Of a stretch of DNA of 64,000 nt, positions 53,515-64,000 are shown piece after piece (position 1 is the stretch's first letter; each line of letters opens with the position of its first letter). Under the pieces are notes generated by a model. The model did not search any database. It saw only the letters and a program-made list of their open reading frames with translations, and was not told where the DNA came from. The DNA is taken from NCBI RefSeq assembly GCF_006345805.1, contig NC_043003.1, forward strand, positions 50,282,001 through 50,346,000. The letters run 5' to 3'. The position numbers and the translations under genes were made by a program. The stretch is from Octopus sinensis (lineage: Eukaryota).

Positions 53515-53958
53515 TATAATTGTTGTTGGCATCCTTTTTGTCTCGGGAGACAATGGAGTTGCGCATAAAATAGTCCAGTCCGGCTTTTACATTTCATGTC
53601 CTGATACATTTCCTGCTGTGGCTGTGTAGTCCTATCCTGGACAAACACTCCCTCTGGCAGGTACCGCAAATGTAGCGAAGACTGTTCCTGGCTGGTTGTA
53701 GTGTCATAGTTTCTTGTTGACGTCTTTTCTTGTCTTTCCATTTCTCCTCTTTCTCTCTGTCACTCCTTTGTATTCCCTCTTTTACGGTACGTCGCCAATC
53801 TCCACGGTTGCTGGCAATTGCTTCCCAACTGTTAATATTGATGTTGCAGGCCTTCATGTCCCTTTTGCAAACATCCTTGTAACGTAAGAACGGTCTACCC
53901 ACAGACCTAGTACCCCTAGCAAGCTCTCCATAGAGTATGTCCTTGGGGATTCTGCCAT
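53515..53958 (-). mobile_element. RTE-clade LINE 3' fragment
   Basis: GRIPKDILYGEL...GRP.LRYKDVCKRDM; C-terminal C..C...IGLHSH; gtctcccgagac...gatgcc tail. Confidence 0.9.
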
Positions 53959-54017
53959 GTGTATTATTATAATATATATATATATTATTATATTACAATA
54001 TATTATAATATATATAT

Positions 54018-54074
<57 letters not shown>

Positions 54075-54288
54075 AGTTTTATACATAGTATCATCTCTCA
54101 TAGTGTGCATTTTTACCATTCTCAGGTTGTTCAAATTAATGTCCAATTGCATCGCAACCGCTTTGGGCAAAGACATATTGCAATATATTATCAATCTTTG
54201 ACAGAGGTGAAAGTGAAACCGTTATATTCAATTTCTCTTTGGACTTACACTTACAACTCCTCCTGTATACAATTCATATAAACTCCTA

Positions 54289-54377
<89 letters not shown>

Positions 54378-54426
54378 GTCTATCTATTATCTATCCATCT
54401 ATCTATCTGTCTGTCTGTCTATATAC

Positions 54427-54516
<90 letters not shown>

Positions 54517-55113
54517 CTACCCACCTTCCTACCTACAAACCTACGTACCTACCTACCTACCCGCTTACTTATTTTTCTGTCTATCTATCTATATATTTAT
54601 GTATGCATGTATATCTACATATGTATATACATATAAATATTCGGGGTATTTGTACTTAAAAGTATAGTTGCAATCAATGAAGAATGTGGATGGTATACGC
54701 ATGGAGGTAAGAATAATCTTCACTAATGGAAACAATAAAATGCAAAATAATAATAAACAAAATGGTAAAGAAATGCCATACATTGAGATTAAAAGAAAGC
54801 AGTACGATGAGTGTAAGCTATTATAGCTAATGGAGAAACTGTTGAATTATAGGTATCCTGAGTGCTCTCAGTTTCTCTGTCGCACGCGGTCTTTCTTCTT
54901 CTCTCTCTCTCTTTCGCTCTTTCTCTCTATCTTATAAACACCTTTGCACAACACACTTATGCACACAAGCATGAGTACCATTCGCCTAATATGTATATTT
55001 GAATAGTTAGCAAACAATATGGTACAGAAAAACACGCATGCGTGCACACATTGACATATTCTATTCACACACACACAGATATATGTATATGTATGTATAT
55101 ATATATATATATG

Positions 55114-55273
<160 letters not shown>

Positions 55274-56022
55274 TCTCTGTGCGTGTGCATATAGTATATA
55301 TATAATGTATACATACATTCACACACATGTTTATGTATAGATCTCTCAATATATGTATTCCCCTATATATACATGTGTACATACACACCCTTACCTACCT
55401 ACACATATACATTCACACATACAAACACACACACACGACATACATACATATATACATACATACACGTACACATACATACACACATGCATGCATACATACA
55501 TACATACATACATGCACGCACACATACATACACACATACATACACGTATACAAACATACACACATACATACATACATACATAATTACTTACACATATGTA
55601 CACATGTGCGTATGCTGTATATATACGCACAGTTACAACATTCGACTTTGCTAATTCCAGTGGTTGGACTATGGCCATTGTGAGGCAGAGCCCTCAAGCT
55701 AATATTATCGATCTTATTACTTTTTTCAATCTAGTACATATTTCATTGATCTCTATTTGCCTTCGCCGAACTGCGATACGTGCGCATGCGCGCGTTTGTG
55801 TGCACTTCCGCATGTGTCTGTGTATAATAGCTGTTACATACATACTTACATACATACATACATATATATATGTATGCATGAATGTATGTATGTATGTACG
55901 TATGTATATATGTATGTATGTATGTATGTATATATATGTGTGTGTGTGTGTGTATATATATACGCACAAATATATATAACTGCGAGTAGTTTCTATTAAT
56001 GGATAAGATTACATATATAATA

Positions 56023-56057
<35 letters not shown>

Positions 56058-57728
56058 ATATTATAGATACATCCTGCATTTGTAGTAAAAGGTGATAATA
56101 TGAGTTTAAATTATGGGAAATTTCCGACGTTATTGAAGTATGGTTTTTCAGTTCGATTGTGTGTTTGTGTGTGTGTAAGTATGTATGTATGTATGTATGT
56201 GTGTATGTATGTATGTATGTATGTATGTATGTATGTATGTATGCGTGTGCGTGTGAGTATGTATAAGTAAGTGTATGCATATTTATTTTTAAGTTATATA
56301 TATCAGACAAAAATGAGGTACGAGAAACCACTCAGAGTGCACTGTGCTATGTTTATGAACAGCACAAACAGAGATATATCAAATACCTTATAGTAAATAT
56401 TCTAGATATATTAAAACTATTTCCATTTCCAGACGATGTGTCACTATTACCAAATGACAAGAATGATCAGTTTCACATAAGAAAGTGAGATAATCTTACG
56501 AATCATGAATTCTCCAGAAGTAACATACCATTAAGTAAAATGAGAGTCATGGAAATGTGTTCCTACTTTAATAGCTCGAGATTTGTCCTACCTTATCTCC
56601 GGCAGCTAAGGGAGTACTAAGTAAAAAAAAAAACATGGCTGTTACTCGCATGACATGGTAACATGTACCATGATTTTGCTATTTGTTTAAGGTGTCTTTA
56701 GAATCGCAAGCAGACGGAGTCAGGGATGTTTTAAGACATAGGCAAACTGGGCAGCTGTCCAGGGGTTACACAATTATAGCAGTCCAATTCTAATTTATGT
56801 GTCGTACTTTGATGTTAATAAAATCTATGGAGCCCAGTACATTGATTTGCCTGGGGACCTAAAATGTTGCTCAGACGGCACTGGACGTAGGTATTCTCTT
56901 GGCCCTCCTACTCTCGGAACAAGCAGAAATTTAGGAATGTGAGAGTTAGAGGAAGGAAGAAAGGGCCTTACCAGCTTTAGACAAATGCTCATTTTCAGAT
57001 GAATAGACTGAAGCAACTTGAAGTGAAACACGTTTCTCAATGCGTGCCCGGTCTATATTCGAACCGTCGACCTTATGGATGTAAGATAAATACCTTAACT
57101 ACGCGCCTTCGGGTAAGTAGTGGAATTGTAAATAGAGATAGAAATATTACAATAGGAACTCATACAAGCGTATGTTCCAAACAGGATGTAGAAAATGTGA
57201 AGAACTGCTCACGAGAAGTGTATGTAACTTATGTAGAGGGAGTTCGAGAAAGATGGCAGAAGTTGCTTGATAACATTGGAGACGCGGAAATTGTAAAGGA
57301 CAGCGTGTTGGTGTGGCCAAGTGACTGAATGTAAAAGGAGAGGAATAAAAAGATAGCTGGTGAGCATAGAGCAAGATGGAAGTAGTGAGGTTAGTATCAA
57401 CAGTTCGGGAGTTGGCCATGTCGTGAACAAGTTGGTAACAATTCCGTGTGAGCAAGACGCAGGGGCCTCAAAATTATATTTATGGTTACAGGGTGCTAGA
57501 GAAGGAAGAATTGAGAAAAACGGCAGCTAATTTGGCACGAGGAGGATGGAGAAGGAGAAATTGAGGTAGAAGCAGACGTCAGTGGTACTGTTATAGATTG
57601 ATGCAGAAAGATAAAAGCAGGTGATCAATGGAAACGGAAATCTCTAAGAAGTTGTTGGATGTGTCAGATAAGGTCGATGTGAATTTCAAACAGGGCGGTA
57701 AGTTCAACAAACGCGAATAAGATGAACT

Positions 57729-57984
57729 AAAAGTAAAGTTTCCTTCTCGACTCATGCCGACTCATAGGGTCCGGTTTTCCGGTTTCTACGGTGTATACAT
57801 CTCCCACTTGGACAGGACGCCGGTCCGTCGTAGAATCAAACATTTTTGCCAGCTGAGTGAACTGGAGCAACGTGAAATGAAGTGTTCTGCTTAAGAACAC
57901 AACGTGTCGCCCGGTGCAGGAATCGAAACCACAATCTCACGTTCATGAGTCCAACACCCTAACCTCTAAGCCACGTACCTCCAC
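57729..57984 (-). mobile_element. SINE family D variant with a different 3' tail
   Basis: Head and core as at 14075-14428; tail ...gagaaggaaactttacttt. Confidence 0.8.
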
Positions 57985-58604
57985 AATAAGATGAATTGCA
58001 CTCGGGTAAAAAATATAGTGCCGATGTAGTCATCGCTGTAACGACCATATAACTTTGGCGTGCAACCATAAAGACGGATGAATGTGTGCGCCATAAATTA
58101 ATTAAAGATCAAAAACAAAAATGGTGTGATCAGGGTTCATTGTTATACCCATAACTTCAGTGATATGAGGAAGTGACGGGAAAAGGAATTGTTTCAAGAT
58201 AAGATCAGCTCGGTGGAGAAGAATGAGAGTGATTTGTTCGCATGACGAACACCAATCTGGCTTTATTTATGCAGCTTTTTTTTTGGTGGGGTGGGGTGCT
58301 CTCAAGAAATAAAATGTTGTGCACCAGTCAAAGCTGCTCACAAATTACCAGAAAGATTTTTCTGAATTGATGGTAACAACTAAAGCTATATGAAACCCTT
58401 CAAATTCTTGAGAGACACTGTTAATTCATATGCTTCCCTAGACAATTCTAGAGGCCACAAAATCTTTTGAAAAGCTCTGTTGTCACCTTTCGAATAAAAC
58501 ATGTGTTTCTCAAAAATAAAAATCAGTGTGAATTGACCTGCTGTGCTGACCACTTTCTTCTGTGGACGATATAGTGGACCCTGTATTGAACCAGCGTTAA
58601 TCAG

Positions 58605-58910
58605 CTTGAAGTTTTCCACAAGTGCTATCTTCATTCGATTTTCTCATGCATCATGCAGGACACAATCTCTCATTCTGATCTACTCACTGAGTGGAGGAAC
58701 CGAGACCATCGAATCATTTGTGGTTCAATCCCAATTCAGATGGTTTGGTCATATCTTGAGAGTGAGTGACGTCAGAATACTCAAAGTCCTTGTGTATTGT
58801 TAAGTTTCATTGCGTTGCAAGGAATGTAAGCAGGGCATGACTGCGATTCAAGAACAAACTTGAATATAATCTTACAACCATCAGCATCAGACTTGGAAGA
58901 CAAGCTGTCA
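58605..58910 (+). mobile_element. Decayed RTE-like fragment
   Basis: IES...QFRWFGHILRVSDVRILK. Confidence 0.6.
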
Positions 58911-59157
58911 TCATGGCATCAAAATCTTCAAAATAAATTGCCGAAGTTACTATTTTTTTTATAGCACGCCCAACTTCATTTCCAAAGCGAAAAGAAAGTA
59001 GATACAAAAGAAAAGAAAAAAGAAAAACGTACGTATGTATACATGTATGTTCTGTGTGCTTGCAAGGTGAGGGGTTGTTGTGTGTATATGTGTCTATGTA
59101 TATGTATGTCTATATGTGTATGTGTATTTATGTAAGTATTTATGTTTGTATGTACGT

Positions 59158-59571
59158 GCAGGAGTGGCTGTGTGGTAAGTAGCATGCTTACCAACCACAT
59201 GGTTCCGGGTTCAGTTCCACTGCGTGACACCTTGAGCATGTGTCTTCTACTATAGCCTCGGGGCGACCAAAGCCTTGTAAGTAAATTTGGTAGACGGAAA
59301 CTGAAAGAAGCCCATCGTATATATGTATATATTTGTATGTATGAGTGTGTATATGTTTGTGTGTGTGTGTTTGTGCCCCCCCCCACCCAACATCGCTTGA
59401 CAACCGATGCTGGTGTGTTTACGTGCCCGTAACTTAGCGGTTCGGCAAAAGAGACCGATAGAATAAGTACTAGGCTTACAAAGAATAAGTCCTGGGGTCG
59501 ATTTGCTCGACTAAAGCCGGTGCTCCAGGATGGCCGCAGTCAAATGACTGCAACAAGTAAAAGAGTAAAAG
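59158..59571 (+). mobile_element. SINE family A, full length
   Basis: Head to tail match. Confidence 0.9.
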
Positions 59572-60183
59572 GATGTGTATATACAATTTGTATTTATTAC
59601 ATATTTTATTACATATTTTTACATATTTTATTCCGCAGAAAGTTAAGAAAGTGACTTAAATGAAGCCACGCACGAAACTCTCGCCCCTTGATTAACTTTT
59701 CTGAGTTTCTGTCAGTTAAAGTAGTGAAATTGTATCTGTACTTATACATCGAGTTCTACTTCTCTGGGTTTTTTTTTTCTCTACCAAACACACACACAAA
59801 CGCGCGCGAGCGCACACGTTCGCATTGCAAGCACATACACATACACACACACAGAAAGACATGTCCACCGTTGAAGAGGCAGAAACCAATATATTTATAT
59901 ATATATAGTATGCGTGTAATGTAGAGTGTGCTGTGGGGGGGAAGGGGTGATTTTCTGGAATGTGTTACCCGAAGCAAGTACTGTTATTACAAACGCCCGC
60001 TGGTCGCCGGCAACAATTGCGCGCACGTGTGAGGAATCCGCTCGTAGCTCCCTTCCCTCCTCTCCCGCGGTTACGCCTCGTTTCAGACGAGGCCAACCAG
60101 CATCAGTGATGACAAAAGGTATACGAAAATACCACTGTCAGCCCTACTCTTAGCCCATTCACTAGATTCAAACACACACTCAC

Positions 60184-60223
<40 letters not shown>

Positions 60224-60359
60224 GTACATGTGCGCAAACACAAACTCACACTTACGTATGGGCGTGCATGTGTTTGTACGTGTGTATGTGAATGTACATT
60301 AGTGTACATGTGAGTGTATGTGTGTGTGTATATATATACATATATATATACACACACAT

Positions 60360-60457
<98 letters not shown>

Positions 60458-60473
60458 TATAATATTATATATA

Positions 60474-60528
<55 letters not shown>

Positions 60529-60578
60529 ATATATATATATATATATAGATATATATACATATATACACACACACACAC

Positions 60579-60636
<58 letters not shown>

Positions 60637-60669
60637 ATATACATGTATGTCTGTATATATTGGCTTCAA

Positions 60670-60870
60670 ATTTGGGATCAAGGTTAGAAATTTTGAGGAA
60701 GGTGGGAATTCAATTATATCATTCCCAAGTAGTTAACTGGTACTTATTTTATCGATTCCGAGAGGGTGAAAAGCAAAGTCGACCTCGGCGTAATTTGAAC
60801 TCAGAACGTAAAAAACGGTCGAAATACCGCTACGCATTTTGCCCCACATGCTAACGTTTTTGTCACTTCA
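60670..60870 (-). mobile_element. SINE family B, diverged
   Basis: Core and head recognisable. Confidence 0.75.
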
Positions 60871-61051
60871 CCGAATGCATACACACACACACACATATAT
60901 ATACATTTCTTTTAGGTTCTTTAGGTAGAAGTTCGGGAGTTTGGGTGTTGAAGCAAGTGAACCAAATATCACACGAAAATTTGTCACTTGACGTCATTTT
61001 GCTGCTGCTGCTTCTGCTGTTGTTGTTGCTTTTGTTCTTGTTGTTGATGTT

Positions 61052-61600
61052 GTTGCTATTGCTGTTGTTATTTCCATTTCACTTCTCAAAGCTCTTGATT
61101 TCACACTTCCGTTTAATTCTGTTAGAGTGGACAACAATCTTTTGTCAAGTTTCTCATATGGTCTCTTTCCTATTTCTTTATTACCCACAAGGGGCTAAAC
61201 ACAGAGGGGACAAACAAGGACAGACATAGGTATTAAGTCGATTACATCGATCCCAGTGCATAACTGGTACTTATTTAATCGACCCCGAAAGGATGAAAGG
61301 CAAAGTCGACCTCGGCGGTATTTGAACTCAGAACGTAGCGGCAGACGAAATACCGGCAAGCATTTCGCCCGGCGTGCTAACGATTCTGCCAGCTCGCCCT
61401 TTCCGCGATACTTAACATCTCAATCCCAATCTCAGAACCATTGCTGTCCCCCAATAAAGCAGCTTCTGAACATGTTCTACCCTATTGTCAATCCAGATTT
61501 CTTCAACGAATTTCTCAAATCTGGTGATTAATACTTCCAGCGCCCCTACAACTACTGACACTTTCTTTGTAGCTTTCTTTGTAACCCACATTATTAGTAT
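61052..61600 (-). mobile_element. R4/Dong-like LINE 3' fragment interrupted by SINE B
   Basis: MW...KVSVVVGAL...QKLL.WGTAMVLR; flanked by TAA/TAG- and AAC-rich repeats. Confidence 0.6.
61169..61400 (-). mobile_element. SINE family B, full length
   Basis: Head to tail match; possible 6-bp TSD ctttcc. Confidence 0.88.
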
Positions 61601-61611
61601 TACTACTACTA

Positions 61612-61654
<43 letters not shown>

Positions 61655-61656
<2 letters not shown>

Positions 61657-61780
61657 GTTCTGAGTTCAAATACCTCCGAGGTCGACTTTACCTTTCATCC
61701 TTTCGTAGGGCGATAATATCAGTACCAGTTACGCACTGGGATCGATGTAATCGACTTAATCCATTACCCCGAAAAAGTTA
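61655..61780 (+). mobile_element. SINE family B core fragment
   Basis: acgttctgagttcaaa...gaggtcgac...atcgactt. Confidence 0.75.
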
Positions 61781-61870
61781 TTGGAAACATGCATATTATT
61801 TGGCACGCCATTAATTCAAACGAGTTTTTAGTGAATCACGAATAATAATAATAATAATAATATAATAATA

Positions 61871-61902
<32 letters not shown>

Positions 61903-61919
61903 TGATGATGATGATGATC

Positions 61920-61951
<32 letters not shown>

Positions 61952-62067
61952 GGTGGTGTGGTGGTGGTGGTGTGGTGGTGGTGGTGGTGGTGGTGGTGGT
62001 GGTGGTGGTAGTGGTGGTGGTGATGGTGATGGTGATGATGATGATGATAATAATAATAATAATAATA

Positions 62068-62104
<37 letters not shown>

Positions 62105-62134
62105 TAATAATAAAATAATAATAATAATAATAAT

Positions 62135-62286
62135 GGCAAGACTGTATGGAACTTGAGGCAACTGGAGATCTCTTATTGGGCACAGTGCACATCTTAAGGA
62201 AAGTATTATCTGTCTGAGGTCCTTGTTGTGACTTGAAAGATGACTAAAGAATCCATTGCATTTTTACCTACACTATGTTATGAAGG
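62135..62286 (+). mobile_element. R4/Dong-like LINE 3' fragment inside (TAA)n
   Basis: LLGTVHILRKVLSV* and a UTR homologous to 52430-52538. Confidence 0.8.
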
Positions 62287-62325
62287 TATAATAATAATAA
62301 TAATAATAATATAATAATAATAATA

Positions 62326-62681
62326 AGAGCACTCGGAAAGCGTAAACCTCCGCCAAGACAACAGCAACGTCTTCTCAATGAATAGCAAGAGACGATCTTT
62401 AAAATGAAAATATCTTATATAAATTCAACTGCCCTCACAAACGAGAATATTAAAAATGAACCCGACGGCTCTCAAAAATTAAGTAAAAAAAAAAAAAAGA
62501 AGGGAAAAATAATCCGGAATCCTTGTTCGATACCGGATCGATCCCAAAATATAATCAGGCCGTGCCAGTCACGAGGCCAAACATCCCTGAAAGTTTCATG
62601 CGAATCCATCCAGCGTTTCTTGAGATATCTTGTCTCCACGGACTAACAAATAAACAATACTTCCACCAAAGGCGGAGGTAA
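62326..62681. mobile_element. Helentron/HINE-like non-autonomous element
   Basis: Subterminal inverted repeat acctccgcc (62346) / ggcggaggt (62671); inside (AAT)n. Confidence 0.55.
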
Positions 62682-62702
62682 TCATCATCATCATCATCAT
62701 CA

Positions 62703-62771
<69 letters not shown>

Positions 62772-62799
62772 TATTATTATTATTATTATTATTATAATT

Positions 62800-63170
62800 T
62801 AACCAGTTGGGCATGTCCCTTAGTGGCTGATGATATGTGCATCTCTGATCACGAGCAAAAGTAGTGGGGGAGCATCATAGCCACGTGTTGAGAGGGATTC
62901 TTTGGGGTTTGAATAATTCACCTCTGGAAACATGGGTGTTTCGTTCAACATCCTTAAACAACCCTTATTGAGGGACATTTTGAGCGGGATGGGCTACTTG
63001 ACCAGAAGAAAATTCTAACTGGGCCCCACCTGCAATGTTTATCGCGCACATATGGTTGTGATGCATGTGCCTGGTGTATCCTTATCAGACGGGTAGTCAT
63101 GATGGGTATACTGGGCTTCGCATATTTTACTCCAGTGTCACTTTGATGGCATGCACTGCTCTCTCACTCA
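62800..63170 (+). repeat. Unclassified element followed by (AAT)n
   Basis: Complex sequence between two AAT/ATT arrays; single copy here. Confidence 0.35.
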
Positions 63171-63183
63171 ATAATAATAATAA

Positions 63184-63253
<70 letters not shown>

Positions 63254-64000
63254 GTACATACGCGCCCGATATCATAAAAATATTTGTGAAATTTTTAATT
63301 TGTATAACTTTAGCTTGTAAAGTAGACTTGAATAAATCCGTGAGTAGAATAAGTAAAGCTATTTATGCCAATGTTGAATGTATTTTTTTCCTTTTCAGAG
63401 AATTGACACTCTTCATTACGTATACATCGTCATTAAGTATGCAAGTCGTAAAGCGTTTCTAAAACTATAGAAATATATATTACAACTCATTTTCAAGCAA
63501 ATTACATTGATTATTCAAGCCTGCCAGTCATCTACAAAACGAGATTTTGTTGAAACAAAAGTTGAAATTATTGATAACTTTTTGAAAAAATTAAGAAACA
63601 CTTTTAATAATTTTGTTATAATGATGACGTTGAAATTTTGGGATTACGTCTATAATATATAGCGTTAAAGTTATAACAAATCTTTCAAATTTGAAAGGCC
63701 TGATCAGTTAACTTTATTTAGATGCATTAACTTCGAAAATATATTGTACGATGCTGAACAAACATGCTGATGCAAACGGATACGTGTAATTTTGCATACT
63801 GTAATGAAAAATAGTACATGAAGAAGCATACGAAACGGCTCTAACCAAGGGAAAATAAATATGATTTCACCTCTCACACCACCTGACTTAATGTTTTATT
63901 TATTCCTTGTAGAAAAGTTATCGTTCGCATTTCATGGGGTTTCAGTAATACAAACATATTACATATTACACGGTCAGTAATCGATGACTAGGTACACTGA

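Noticed and set aside
57000-57720. Purine-rich tracts as L2-like LINE relics (also 35400-35900 and 31150-31420)
   Set aside because: No unambiguous protein motif recoverable by eye

Overview
Eukaryotic, AT-rich, microsatellite-saturated DNA. The tRNA/CORE-type SINE content suggests an octopus-like cephalopod genome (inference, no database search). No complete host gene is visible; most ORF-track entries are translations of microsatellites. Recognisable content: about 35 SINE copies from four tRNA-headed families; LINE remnants (CR1-like RT, two RTE pieces, three Tx1/L1-like 3' ends, five restriction-like-endonuclease R4/Dong-type pieces); a Tc1 transposase remnant; Helitron and Helentron-type non-autonomous elements; and MITEs, including an 8-bp-TSD family that carries (TAACCC)n. 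Highlights: (1) several hammerhead-ribozyme motifs of Penelope-like type, including an inverted pair with intact cores, a family with a CUGUYGA core and a tRNA-headed composite; (2) retroelement families each sitting in their own microsatellite class (TATC, TAA, CATA, TA); (3) near-perfect foldbacks of about 150-400 bp; (4) a duplicated 88-nt exon-like unit near the window start. All coordinates were read by eye and may be off by a few bases.
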